This document shows positions 36,654 to 46,328 of a stretch of 64,000 nucleotides of DNA, in pieces. Source of the stretch: a virus; the UHGV virus genome UHGV-0209617. One strand, given 5' to 3'. Within the stretch, counting starts at the first letter, position 1. Every line of letters starts with the position of its first letter. The position numbers and the translations under genes were made by a program. Under the pieces are notes generated by a model. The model worked only from the letters and a program-made list of their open reading frames with translations. It made no database searches and was not told the origin of the DNA.

Positions 36654-37541
36654 ATGGATTTAAGAGCACAGACCTTCGGAGTAGAGATTGAGATGACCGG
36701 CCTTACAAGAAACAGGGCCGCAAAGGTAATCGCCGCATACTTCGGAACGGAGGCAACCTACTTCGGAGGCGGATACGATGAGCACCACGCAAAGGACAGC
36801 AAGGGCAGAATCTGGAAGGCCATGAGCGATTCAAGCATCAGGGCAGAAAAGAAGGACGGCTCCTACGCAAGCGACCTTTACAAGACCGAGGTGGTAACCC
36901 CAATCCTCAGATACGAGGACATTGAAGACCTACAGGAAATCCTGAGAAAGCTCAGAAAGGCAGGGGCGATGGTAAACAGCAGCACAGGGATTCACATCCA
37001 CATCGGAGCGGAGAATTTCACCCCGGCTACCCTTTGCAACCTTCTGAAGAACATCCGAAGCAAGGAGGACATTCTTTACAGAGCCATTCAGGTCAAGGAA
37101 AACCGCGCAAGGTACTGCAGAAAAACAAACCAGAAGCTCATCGAGATGATTGAGGCACACCGCCCCAAGACAAAGGAGCAGCTTGCAGACCTTTGGTATG
37201 CAGAAGCACCATACGGAAGAAACAGGCATTACAACGACAGCAGATACCACGGACTTAACCTCCACGCATACTTCACTAAGGGAACGGTCGAGTTCAGGCT
37301 TTTCAACAGCACCCTCCACGCAGGCGAATTGAAAGCCTACATACAGTTCTGCATGGCGGTTACAGCAAAGGCCATAAACACCAAGAAGGCAAGCGCGAAG
37401 CCAAGCATCAGCGACAACGAAAAATACACTTTCAGATGCTGGCTCCTCCGCCTGGGCCTTAACGGAGAAGAATTCAAGACCTGCAGAACCCACCTTTTGA
37501 AGCACCTCGAAGGAAACAGCGCCTGGAGGCACCTTTCCTAA
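36654..37541 (+). CDS. Amidoligase-family enzyme (phage-associated amidoligase)
   Basis: N-terminal FGVEIEMTG and overall pattern consistent with the Amidoligase_2 family; GGCT-like gene follows. Confidence 0.7.
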   Translation: MDLRAQTFGVEIEMTGLTRNRAAKVIAAYFGTEATYFGGGYDEHHAKDSKGRIWKAMSDSSIRAEKKDGSYASDLYKTEVVTPILRYEDIEDLQEILRKLRKAGAMVNSSTGIHIHIGAENFTPATLCNLLKNIRSKEDILYRAIQVKENRARYCRKTNQKLIEMIEAHRPKTKEQLADLWYAEAPYGRNRHYNDSRYHGLNLHAYFTKGTVEFRLFNSTLHAGELKAYIQFCMAVTAKAINTKKASAKPSISDNEKYTFRCWLLRLGLNGEEFKTCRTHLLKHLEGNSAWRHLS

Positions 37542-37638
37542 AACAAACCGGCCTACCAGCCCCGAAAGGGGCCTTTCGGTGGTAGAAGCACCTAGCTTCT
37601 GAATAAACCGATTTGCTTTAGGAAGGGAGTCTTCAACA

Positions 37639-38097
37639 ATGAAAAGAAAAATCTATCTGGCCTACGGAAGCAACATGAGCCTTTTGCAGATGTACCACCG
37701 TTGCCCTGATGCAGAACCGATTGGCAAGGGCATCATCAAGGATTACCGCCTGATGTTTAAGGGAAGTAAGAGTGGCAACTATGCGACCATCGAATACGAG
37801 GAAGGACGGCAGGTGCCTGTGGTAGCCTGGGCAATCAGTGAAAGGGATGAAAAATGCCTTGACCGCTATGAAGGATTTCCGAGCTTTTATGTGAAGGACA
37901 CCATCGCATTTGAATATATCGGTGATCGCCCAGGAAGAAGGATGAAGGATGAGGGCATGGTTTATGTGATGCCGCCAGATGAGACTGTTCTGGGGCTTCC
38001 AAGTGGTCACTACATGGATGTCCTTCTTGAAGGCTACCATCGCTTCGGATTTAATTCCAGAATCCTTTGGGAAGCCTACGAATACAGCGATGAGTGA
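37639..38097 (+). CDS. Gamma-glutamylcyclotransferase-like (GGCT/AIG2-like) protein
   Basis: N-terminal YLAYGSNMS motif typical of the GGCT fold; GGAAGGGAG SD. Confidence 0.75.
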   Translation: MKRKIYLAYGSNMSLLQMYHRCPDAEPIGKGIIKDYRLMFKGSKSGNYATIEYEEGRQVPVVAWAISERDEKCLDRYEGFPSFYVKDTIAFEYIGDRPGRRMKDEGMVYVMPPDETVLGLPSGHYMDVLLEGYHRFGFNSRILWEAYEYSDE

Positions 38098-38143
38098 GCC
38101 GATAAAGTATACAAAAATATCCTCCGAATGTGTGAAGTATAAC

Positions 38144-38172
38144 TTGATATAAGTACGAATGTACGGTAATAT
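38144..38172 (+). promoter_or_regulatory. Second copy of the TTGATA-17-TAATAT promoter, upstream of an unlisted small ORF
   Basis: Identical -35 and -10 and near-identical spacer and downstream sequence (GTACGGTAATATACACACAAC) to the copy at 36576. Confidence 0.6.
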
Positions 38173-38220
38173 ACACACAACGAAAGGGGAACAGCCCTAA
38201 AGCAAAAGGAGGAAACCACA

Positions 38221-38400
38221 ATGACAAAGAAGGAAAGCGCAAGGATTTTAGAGATTGCAAAGAAGTACATTTACGCAATCGAAGTGAGAGGGAGCCTTGA
38301 GATGATGCAGTCCGACAGCGATGACTTCATCGAAACCTCGGTCGGCAGCATCGAGGCAGCCCTTGAAGCGGCCTACAGAGCAGGCAAGGCCGCAAGATAA
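38221..38400 (+). CDS. Small protein (59 aa), just below the ORF-track length cutoff
   Basis: ATG preceded by AAAGGAGGAAACCACA; MTKKESARILEIAKKYIYAIEVRGSLEMMQSDSDDFIETSVGSIEAALEAAYRAGKAAR; its own promoter upstream and hairpin downstream. Confidence 0.55.
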   Translation: MTKKESARILEIAKKYIYAIEVRGSLEMMQSDSDDFIETSVGSIEAALEAAYRAGKAAR

Positions 38401-38562
38401 CAAAGAAAAGCCGGAAGGACCTCGGAAGGGGGCCTTTTGGTCGTGGTAGCATAAATAGACTTTACAAGTTCCCAACTACACCATGTTAAAGTATCGGCTC
38501 CGATGGGAGCTTCATATCTAACCGCCTCTGGGCGGATTTTTTTATGTCTGGAAGTGAGAGAA

Positions 38563-40170
38563 ATGGCAATAAGGAAACTGAAAAAATACATACCGACAAA
38601 ATTCATGTCTGAAGACAGCCATTATGATAAGGGGGCGGCTGACTATGCCGTAGCATTTATTGAAGCCTTATGCCATACCAAGGGAACTTGGGCAGGTAAG
38701 CCTTTTGAGCTAATCGATTGGCAGGAACAGATTATTCGTGACCTTTTTGGTATCCTAAAGCCAAATGGATATAGGCAGTTTAATACAGCCTATGTTGAAA
38801 TACCCAAAAAGCAAGGAAAATCTGAGCTGGCAGCGGCCGTTGCAATCCTTTTAACCTGCGGTGATGGTGAGGAACGTGCGGAGGTTTATGGCTGTGCTGC
38901 AGACCGGCAACAGGCATCCATTGTTTTTGATGTTGCTGCGGATATGGTCAGTATGTGTCCTGCTTTAGCCAAGCGCGTAAAAATACAGAAATCTATGAAG
39001 CGCATGATATATCTTCCTACGAACAGCTTCTACCAGGTGCTTTCGGCAGAGGCCTATTCAAAGCATGGCTTCAATATCCATGGTGTTATCTTTGATGAGC
39101 TTCATACCCAGCCAGACCGCAAGCTGTATGATGTAATGACCAAAGGCTCCGGCGATGCAAGAATGCAGCCGATGTATTTTAATATAACTACAGCAGGGAC
39201 GGATACTCATTCCATATGCTACGAAATACATCAGAAGGCAAAGGATATTATTGCTGGGCGGAAGATTGATACAACCTTCTATCCTGTGATTTATGGTGCG
39301 GATGAAGGAGAGGATTGGACTTCTCCAGAAGTGTGGAAGAAGGCAAATCCGTCTCTTGGCATTACTGTTGGCATGGATAAGGTTGAAGTTGCTTGTGAGT
39401 CTGCAAGGCAGAATCCAGGGGAAGAAAATGCTTTTCGCCAACTTCGTCTTAACCAATGGGTAAAGCAGTCGGTTCGTTGGATGCCTATGGAAAAATGGGA
39501 TGAGTGCAGCTTCAAAGTTAACCCTGATGACCTAGAAGGACGCGTATGCTATGGAGGTCTTGACCTATCCAGCACCACAGATATAACAGCCTTTGTATTG
39601 GTGTTTCCTCCGGAGGATGAGGAGGATAAATATCATATACTGCCTTATTTCTGGATACCGGAGGAAACAATGGATCTTCGTGTAAAGCGTGACCATGTGC
39701 CCTATGATATCTGGCATAAGCAGGGATTCCTTGAAACCACCGAAGGCAATGTAGTCCACTATGGCTACATCGAGAAATTCATTGAATCCCTCGGTGAAAA
39801 ATATAATATCCGTGAGATTGCCTTTGATAGATGGGGTGCGACACAGATGGTGCAGAATCTTGAGGGCATGGGATTTACTGTTGTTCCCTTTGGACAAGGT
39901 TACAAGGATATGAGTCCGCCAACCAAGGAGCTGATGAAGCTGACCCTTGAAAAGAAACTGGCTCATGGCGGTCATCCAGTTCTGAGGTGGATGGCAGACA
40001 ATATCTTCATCCGAAGGGATCCCGCTGGGAACATCAAGGCAGACAAAGAAAAGTCCACAGAGAAGATTGACGGTGTCATAGCCACCATAATGGGGCTGGA
40101 CAGAGCAATTCGCTGTGGATTGAATTCTGGAGATTCCGTTTATGATGGGCGAGGAATTTTGTTAATATAA
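38563..40170 (+). CDS. Phage terminase large subunit (intact)
   Basis: 536-aa ORF; nuclease-domain C-terminus matches the fragments at 1-267 and 986-1203; preceded by CCGCC/GGCGG hairpin plus T-run at 38523-38543. Confidence 0.9.
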   Translation: MAIRKLKKYIPTKFMSEDSHYDKGAADYAVAFIEALCHTKGTWAGKPFELIDWQEQIIRDLFGILKPNGYRQFNTAYVEIPKKQGKSELAAAVAILLTCGDGEERAEVYGCAADRQQASIVFDVAADMVSMCPALAKRVKIQKSMKRMIYLPTNSFYQVLSAEAYSKHGFNIHGVIFDELHTQPDRKLYDVMTKGSGDARMQPMYFNITTAGTDTHSICYEIHQKAKDIIAGRKIDTTFYPVIYGADEGEDWTSPEVWKKANPSLGITVGMDKVEVACESARQNPGEENAFRQLRLNQWVKQSVRWMPMEKWDECSFKVNPDDLEGRVCYGGLDLSSTTDITAFVLVFPPEDEEDKYHILPYFWIPEETMDLRVKRDHVPYDIWHKQGFLETTEGNVVHYGYIEKFIESLGEKYNIREIAFDRWGATQMVQNLEGMGFTVVPFGQGYKDMSPPTKELMKLTLEKKLAHGGHPVLRWMADNIFIRRDPAGNIKADKEKSTEKIDGVIATIMGLDRAIRCGLNSGDSVYDGRGILLI

Positions 40171-40178
40171 ATTATAGG

Positions 40179-40207
40179 TTGAATATATCCTAGAGATGGT
40201 ATATAAT
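40179..40207 (+). promoter_or_regulatory. Promoter candidate for Phd-Doc (TTGAAT, 17 bp, TATAAT)
   Basis: Hexamers and spacing read directly. Confidence 0.5.
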
Positions 40208-40230
40208 AGCCATGAAAGGAGATGATACCT

Positions 40231-40473
40231 ATGATGGTTGATACTAATAATCTTGTTTCAATAACTGAGGCAAACCAGAATTTTTCAAAGGTCGCTCGTA
40301 TGGTAGATGAGTCAGGTTCTGTTGTAATCCTAAAAAATAATGTACCTAAATATTTAGTAGTTAATTTTGATGTGGCTGATAGCGTGGATTATACTTCAGA
40401 TGAAGAGCTGCTCATGGTATCAGATAAATTTATGAAGAAAAATAAAAAGGCGTATGAGGTATTGGCAAAATGA
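40231..40473 (+). CDS. phd: Phd/YefM-family antitoxin
   Basis: VSITEANQNFSKVARMVDESGSVVILKNNVPKYLVV; stop overlaps the Doc start (ATGA). Confidence 0.8.
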   Translation: MMVDTNNLVSITEANQNFSKVARMVDESGSVVILKNNVPKYLVVNFDVADSVDYTSDEELLMVSDKFMKKNKKAYEVLAK

Positions 40474-40844
40474 AGCGAATATCTAAACGTCAGGTATTAT
40501 TGCTGCATAATAAGCTGATAGAGGAAAGTGGCGGCTCTGATGGTATCAGGGAAGATGGACTCTTGGAATCAGCTTTGAATGCGCCTTACCATGAGTTTGC
40601 AGGTTTTTCAAACTATCCCACGATAGAAGAAAAAGCTGCCAGGCTCGGTTATGGTATAATCAAGAACCATCCATTTGTTGATGGGAATAAAAGAATTGGT
40701 ACCCATATTATGCTTCTGCTTTTGTATATCAATGGTGTTGAGTTGGTATATGAACAGGAGGAGCTGATAGACATAATTCTACAAGTTGCATCAGGACAAG
40801 CTGATTATGAAGAGTTATATGCTTGGGTTTTAGATCATGAATAA
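40470..40844 (+). CDS. doc: Doc (death-on-curing) Fic-family toxin
   Basis: Fic motif HPFVDGNKRIG. Confidence 0.85.
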   Translation: MKRISKRQVLLLHNKLIEESGGSDGIREDGLLESALNAPYHEFAGFSNYPTIEEKAARLGYGIIKNHPFVDGNKRIGTHIMLLLLYINGVELVYEQEELIDIILQVASGQADYEELYAWVLDHE

Positions 40845-40889
40845 CAAGGGTGTTGCCGTAATGGTAACGCCTATTTTTATGGAGGAAAA

Positions 40890-42167
40890 ATGAATATATT
40901 TACAAAACTTTTCAAGTCGAGGGATAAGCCGACCAACTATCTGGGCGGTTTATCCTTTTTATTTGGTCAGACTGCAGCCGGTAAGCCGGTTAATGAGAAG
41001 TCTGCCATGCAGGTAACAGCAGTTTATGCCTGTGTCAGAATTTTGGCAGAATCCATAGCAGGGCTGCCGCTTCATGTGTATAGGTACAATTCGGGTGGCG
41101 GCAAGGAAATGGTGACAGACCATAATCTGTACCGCATCCTGCATGATGAGCCTAATCCGGATATGACAAGCTTCATATTTAGGGAAACACTGATGAGCCA
41201 TCTTCTCTTGTGGGGTAATGCCTATGCACAGATTATTCGTGATCATGCTGGCAGGATGATAGGGCTGTATCCTTTACTTCCAGATAAGGTAGAGGTAGAT
41301 AGGGACAGCAGCACCGGTGAAATCTTCTATACCTATACCAAAAGCACAGACGAAAATCCGAACTTCAAGCAGGGCGGACAGATAAGGCTTAACAAGAATG
41401 CTGTACTTCATATTCCAGGTCTTGGCTTTGATGGACTTGTAGGATATAGTCCTATTGCCATGGCGAAAAATGCTGTAGGTATTGCTCTTGCCACCGAAGA
41501 ATATGGTGCTACCTTCTTTGCTAACGGTGCAACACCGGGCGGTATCTTAGAGCACCCTGGTGTGGTAAAAGACCCAGAACGTCTACGTCAGAGCTGGCAG
41601 AGTCAGTTTGGGCAGAAGAACAGCCACAGGGTAGCTGTGCTGGAAGAAGGCATGACCTTTCACCAGATGACCATACCGCCAGAAGAAGCACAGTTCCTGG
41701 AAACAAGGAAGTTTCAGATTGATGAGATTGCCCGTATTTTCAGGGTACCGCCACACATGGTAGGTGACCTTGAAAAATCCAGCTTCTCTAATATTGAGCA
41801 GCAGAGCCTTGAGTTTGTGAAATACACACTGAACCCTTGGGTTATCCGCTGGGAGCAGGCCCTTCAGAAAGCACTCCTTACAGATAAGGAAAAGGGCGAG
41901 TATTTCGTAAAGTTCAACGTGGATGGACTTCTCCGTGGTGACTACCAGAGCCGTATGAACGGCTACGCCATTGGGCGGCAGAATGGCTGGTTTTCAGCCA
42001 ATGACATCAGGGAAATGGAGAACCTAAATCCAATACCTGATGAAGAAGGTGGAAATCTCTATCTTATTAATGGCAATATGACAAAATTAAAGGATGCTGG
42101 CCTTTTTGCCGGTCAGCAGAAAGGAAAAGAAAATGAAGAGAAAGTTTTGGAACTGGGTGCGAAATGA
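40890..42167 (+). CDS. Phage portal protein (HK97-like)
   Basis: 425 aa; position after terL; homolog of the fragment at 1721-2212. Confidence 0.85.
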   Translation: MNIFTKLFKSRDKPTNYLGGLSFLFGQTAAGKPVNEKSAMQVTAVYACVRILAESIAGLPLHVYRYNSGGGKEMVTDHNLYRILHDEPNPDMTSFIFRETLMSHLLLWGNAYAQIIRDHAGRMIGLYPLLPDKVEVDRDSSTGEIFYTYTKSTDENPNFKQGGQIRLNKNAVLHIPGLGFDGLVGYSPIAMAKNAVGIALATEEYGATFFANGATPGGILEHPGVVKDPERLRQSWQSQFGQKNSHRVAVLEEGMTFHQMTIPPEEAQFLETRKFQIDEIARIFRVPPHMVGDLEKSSFSNIEQQSLEFVKYTLNPWVIRWEQALQKALLTDKEKGEYFVKFNVDGLLRGDYQSRMNGYAIGRQNGWFSANDIREMENLNPIPDEEGGNLYLINGNMTKLKDAGLFAGQQKGKENEEKVLELGAK

Positions 42168-42846
42168 TGAAACCCAGGAGCGTATTCTTATGTTAAACGG
42201 TCAGATTTCCGATGAGACCTGGTTTGGTGACGAGGTAACTCCGGGACTGTTTCGTGATGAGCTTAATGCTGGTGATGGTGATGTTACTGTATGGATTAAC
42301 AGTCCAGGTGGTGACTGCTTTGCAGCCGCCCAGATTTACAATATGCTTATGAATTACAAGGGCAATGTAAATGTAAAGATTGATGGTCTTGCAGCGTCAG
42401 CGGCTTCCGTCATTGCCATGGCAGGCACTACCGTAGAAATGAGTCCTGTGGCCATGATGATGATTCATAATCCTATGACAGCAGCTATCGGTGACAGCAG
42501 GGAAATGCAGAAAGCCATCGAGATGCTGAGTGAGGTTAAGGAAAGTATTATCAATGCCTATAACCTTAAATCTGGTATGTCCAGAAATAAGCTATCTAAA
42601 CTGATGGATGCCGAAACTTGGATGAATGCCAAAAAGGCAGTGGAGCTAGGCCTAGCAGATAGTATCATGTTTTCAGATAAAGAAGCAGATGAAGATGATG
42701 AAAGGATAGAAGCTATGCTGTTTAGTCGGGCGGCGGTAAATAACTCGCTGATGGATAAGCTCAGAAGCAAGTTTACAGAAAACAAAATTGAAAATAAAGT
42801 TGATGCAGGGCAGCTTCAAAAGAGGCTGTCTTTAATTATGCACTGA
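42133..42846 (+). CDS. ClpP-like prohead maturation protease
   Basis: WINSPGGDCFAAAQIYNML and GLAASAASVIAMAG fit the ClpP-type serine protease pattern. Confidence 0.8.
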   Translation: MKRKFWNWVRNDETQERILMLNGQISDETWFGDEVTPGLFRDELNAGDGDVTVWINSPGGDCFAAAQIYNMLMNYKGNVNVKIDGLAASAASVIAMAGTTVEMSPVAMMMIHNPMTAAIGDSREMQKAIEMLSEVKESIINAYNLKSGMSRNKLSKLMDAETWMNAKKAVELGLADSIMFSDKEADEDDERIEAMLFSRAAVNNSLMDKLRSKFTENKIENKVDAGQLQKRLSLIMH

Positions 42847-42859
42847 GGAGGAATTTACA

Positions 42860-44056
42860 ATGGATAAGATTACAGAACTTCGTGAAAAAAGAGTAAAGGC
42901 ATGGGAGGATGCCAAGGCATTTCTTGATTCCCATACCGATGCAGATGGCAAGATGTCTGTTGAAGATGCAGCCGCCTATGACAAGATGGAAGCAGATATG
43001 GTGGAGCTGGGTAAGTCCATCGAGCGCTTTGAAAAGCAGGCGGCTATGGATAAGGCCATGGCTCAGCCTGTGGCAAAGCCTATAATGAATCAACCTACTA
43101 AGGATACTGCCGTAAAGATTGGCAGAGCTAGTGATGAGTATCGGGAAGCTATGCTGGCAGCTCTCCGTTCCAACTTTCAGAAGGTAAGCAATGTGCTTAT
43201 GGAGGGAACTGACACAGCTGGCGGTTATCTTGTTCCTGTGGAATATGACCGCCGCCTGGTGGATGTGCTGACTGAGGAGAACATTATGCGTGGCCTTGCT
43301 ACCAAGATTACTACCTCTGGTGAGCACAAAATTAATATCGCAGCTACTAAGCCTGCTGCCTCCTGGATTGAGGAAGGGGCGGCTATCAGCTTTGGTGATG
43401 CAACCTTTGACCAGATCATGATGGATGCCTATAAGCTGCATATCGCCATCAAGATTACCGAGGAGCTTCTTTATGATAATGCTTTTAATCTTGAAAGCTA
43501 CATTATTGAGCAGTTTGGTAAGGCTATGGCAAATGCCGAGGAGGATGCCTTCTTAAATGGTGATGGTAAGGGTAAGCCTACCGGTCTTTTTCATGCTACC
43601 CTGGGCGGTCAGTATAACTGCACTACAGCAACTGCAAATATTTCAGCTGATGATGTGATTAACCTTATCTACACCTTGAAGCGACCATACCGCCGTAACG
43701 CTTCCTTCATTACTAATGACCAGACCATTGCGGCCCTTCGTAAGCTGAAGGACAATAATGGTGCGTATATCTGGCAGCCAGCACTTACAGCAGGTGAGCC
43801 TGACCGTATCTTTGGCTATGCCATTCATACCTCGCAGTTTGCACCGGTGGCAGCTGCTGGAAAGCCTGTCATGTCTTTCGGTGATTACAGCTACTACAAT
43901 ATCGGTGATCGCGGTCCTCGTTCCCTGCAGCAGCTCCGTGAGCTCTTTGCGGGCAACGGCATGGTGGGTTATCTCATGAAGGAGCGTGTGGATGGCCGTC
44001 TGATTCTGCCGGAGGCAGTTCAGATTCTGAAAATGAAGGGGACAGCCTCTTCTTGA
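42860..44056 (+). CDS. Major capsid protein (HK97-like)
   Basis: 398 aa immediately after the protease; typical module order. Confidence 0.8.
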   Translation: MDKITELREKRVKAWEDAKAFLDSHTDADGKMSVEDAAAYDKMEADMVELGKSIERFEKQAAMDKAMAQPVAKPIMNQPTKDTAVKIGRASDEYREAMLAALRSNFQKVSNVLMEGTDTAGGYLVPVEYDRRLVDVLTEENIMRGLATKITTSGEHKINIAATKPAASWIEEGAAISFGDATFDQIMMDAYKLHIAIKITEELLYDNAFNLESYIIEQFGKAMANAEEDAFLNGDGKGKPTGLFHATLGGQYNCTTATANISADDVINLIYTLKRPYRRNASFITNDQTIAALRKLKDNNGAYIWQPALTAGEPDRIFGYAIHTSQFAPVAAAGKPVMSFGDYSYYNIGDRGPRSLQQLRELFAGNGMVGYLMKERVDGRLILPEAVQILKMKGTASS

Positions 44057-44069
44057 TGGGGTGATGTAA

Positions 44070-44348
44070 ATGCTGGTAACACTTGAGGAAATGAAGAACT
44101 ACCTACGGGTAGATTCGGAGGAGGACGATGTGCTTATTACCAGCCTTCTCATGACAGCGGAAAGCCTGTGCAGGGATATACTGAGGATTCAGGATGTGGC
44201 AGTCTTGGCGGATTCAGCTGAAACGCTAAAGACTGCCATTTTATATGCTGTGAGCTATATGTATGAGCATAGGGAAGAGGCAGACCATAAGGAGCTGGTG
44301 CTTACCCTGCGCTCACTGCTGTTTGGTATAAGAGAGGAGCAGTTCTAA
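44070..44348 (+). CDS. Head-tail connector (gp6-like)
   Basis: LEEMKNYLRVDSEEDDVLITSLLMTAESL pattern. Confidence 0.7.
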   Translation: MLVTLEEMKNYLRVDSEEDDVLITSLLMTAESLCRDILRIQDVAVLADSAETLKTAILYAVSYMYEHREEADHKELVLTLRSLLFGIREEQF

Positions 44349-44662
44349 TGAGGGTTTCAAGGCTTGATAAAAGAGTCGGCATCTATAAGCCTGTGTCAGA
44401 AGCTGATGAGTATGGCGGCAGGAACGAGTCCTTTGAGCTGGAATGTTACCGCTGGGCGGAGTTCCTGCGGCCTAACTTCTCCAGCCGTACCCTTGAAGGT
44501 GACGGAAGGGCGGAGATTATTACTCAGGGTATAAGGCTTAGAAACACAGATGCTGAGACCGGATGGCAGGTTCATCACAAGGGTCACATCTATGAGGTGC
44601 TTCATGTTGATGAGTCAGCCAAGGGTGAAATAATCCTTACTACATCGGAGGTGAACCGCTGA
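44348..44662 (+). CDS. Head closure / head-tail adaptor protein
   Basis: Size and position; translational coupling. Confidence 0.6.
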   Translation: MRVSRLDKRVGIYKPVSEADEYGGRNESFELECYRWAEFLRPNFSSRTLEGDGRAEIITQGIRLRNTDAETGWQVHHKGHIYEVLHVDESAKGEIILTTSEVNR

Positions 44663-45108
44663 TGGCCAGAAGTTTCTGGGTAAATACCAATAAGAGCCAG
44701 GCTATAAGCTCTGCTATACGGGATATAGATAAGTTTCAGGATAAGACACAGCGGAATATAAAGGATGCCATAGCAGACAGCACTAGAGCTGTAAAGGATG
44801 CGGCTGTATCAAGGGTCAGGGTGCATAGCGGTAAGCTTAAGAAATCTATCGGTATGAAGCTGAGTGAAAAGGAAACCACAGGCTTTGTATCAGCCAATGC
44901 TCCCCATGCCCATCTGGTAGAGTTTGGGGTATCTGCTGCTCTCGTCATGCCGAAGAATAAGAAGGCCATAAAGATTGGTGACAGGCTAGTGCATCATGCC
45001 ATTGTGCCTGAGCGAAAGGCCAAGCCTTTCATGAGGCCTGCTGCTGACAGTGAAAAAGCAAACCTTGAGAAAAGGATTGTGGAGGCGATAAAGGATGAGC
45101 GTCATTAA
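44662..45108 (+). CDS. HK97 gp10-like tail component
   Basis: RVHSGKLKKSIGMKL...PHAHLVEFG pattern. Confidence 0.6.
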   Translation: MARSFWVNTNKSQAISSAIRDIDKFQDKTQRNIKDAIADSTRAVKDAAVSRVRVHSGKLKKSIGMKLSEKETTGFVSANAPHAHLVEFGVSAALVMPKNKKAIKIGDRLVHHAIVPERKAKPFMRPAADSEKANLEKRIVEAIKDERH

Positions 45109-45511
45109 GACCAGGGTTCCTATACTGGCTTTTCATAAGGCGGTATATAAGCTTTTGTCTGAAGGGCAGACCACATCCGTATATGATGATGTGCTGCCTA
45201 AATCAAAGCCGCCCTATGTGACAATAGGAGCCATAAACATAAAGCCCAACGGCAGCAAGGACAAAGCAATATATGATGCAAGCGTACAGCTTCATATATG
45301 GTCCAGCTACCAGGGCAAGCGTGAAATAAACAGTATCATGAATGACATTTCTACAGTGCTCTCTTATGCGAAACTGAGCCTGGAGGATGGATTCCAGCTT
45401 ATTTCACAGGATGTAGATTTCTATGAGGTCTATTCCGAGGAGGAATACGGCTATCATGGAGTAATAACAGTGATTGCAAGAATACAGGATATGGAGTGTG
45501 AAAGACTATGA
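45095..45511 (+). CDS. Tail completion/terminator-like protein
   Basis: Position between gp10-like and major tail genes. Confidence 0.5.
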   Translation: MSVIKTRVPILAFHKAVYKLLSEGQTTSVYDDVLPKSKPPYVTIGAINIKPNGSKDKAIYDASVQLHIWSSYQGKREINSIMNDISTVLSYAKLSLEDGFQLISQDVDFYEVYSEEEYGYHGVITVIARIQDMECERL

Positions 45512-45990
45512 GTACTACTTTAGATAACATTACCCTTCCGCAGAATCCAGATGTAAGTGCGGCAGAGGTAGGCAAGGATTTTCTTTTGTATATAAATACT
45601 GGGACTGAGGCAGTTCCTGAGTGGCAGATGATTGGCGGTCAGCGAAACAGCGGTCTTACCCGTCAGGCTGAAACTATTGATGTGTCCCACAAGACCAGTG
45701 GTGGCTGGAGTGCTACCAAGGCAGGTCTTCGCTCCTGGAGCATCTCTCTTGATGGGCTGGTGCTTCTGCAGGACATCGGTGTCCGAGCAGTATCCCTTGC
45801 TTTTGAGGATGGCAAGGATGTTCATATCAAGCTGGAATATCCGGATAGCTCCTACCGAACCGGTTGGGCATCTGTGACAGAATTCAGCCTGGATAATCCG
45901 CATGATGGTGCGGCCACTATTTCTGGCACTTTATCTGGTAATGGTGCGCTTTCTGCACTTACAAAAGATAGTATTGGAGGTGGCATCTGA
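45508..45990 (+). CDS. Major tail protein
   Basis: 160 aa; position immediately before the chaperone pair. Confidence 0.65.
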   Translation: MSTTLDNITLPQNPDVSAAEVGKDFLLYINTGTEAVPEWQMIGGQRNSGLTRQAETIDVSHKTSGGWSATKAGLRSWSISLDGLVLLQDIGVRAVSLAFEDGKDVHIKLEYPDSSYRTGWASVTEFSLDNPHDGAATISGTLSGNGALSALTKDSIGGGI

Positions 45991-46328
45991 TGATTAAGTC
46001 AGTGACTGTAACAATAAATGGAAAGCCTCAGAGCATGGCTTTCAACATCAAGCGTCTGGCAAGGTTTGAGCAGTATATCGGTAAGAGTCTGTTTTTTGTA
46101 ATGAGTAGTGGCGGTATCCTAAAATCCATGGATATCAACTTTACCGTAGCTGGCATTGCAACCGCCCTGGATAAGGAAATGACTATGGAGGAGGCAGCTG
46201 ATCTGGTGCAGGCTCACTGCGATGGCGGCGGTCTTTTGGATGACCTTAATGATGGCATCTACAGAGCTATCATTGCATCCGGTCTATTCGTGAAGAATGA
46301 GGATTCAGCCAGCCAGGGAAACGACTGA
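45990..46328 (+). CDS. Tail assembly chaperone (short form)
   Basis: Position before the tape measure gene; overlapping -1 frame open to 46648. Confidence 0.7.
   Translation: MIKSVTVTINGKPQSMAFNIKRLARFEQYIGKSLFFVMSSGGILKSMDINFTVAGIATALDKEMTMEEAADLVQAHCDGGGLLDDLNDGIYRAIIASGLFVKNEDSASQGND
46316..46322 (+). promoter_or_regulatory. Slippery heptamer G_GGA_AAC for a programmed -1 frameshift producing the long chaperone form (45990-46648)
   Basis: X_XXY_YYZ heptamer in the 0 frame, 4 nt before the stop; the -1 frame is open from 46301 to 46648. Confidence 0.6.
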
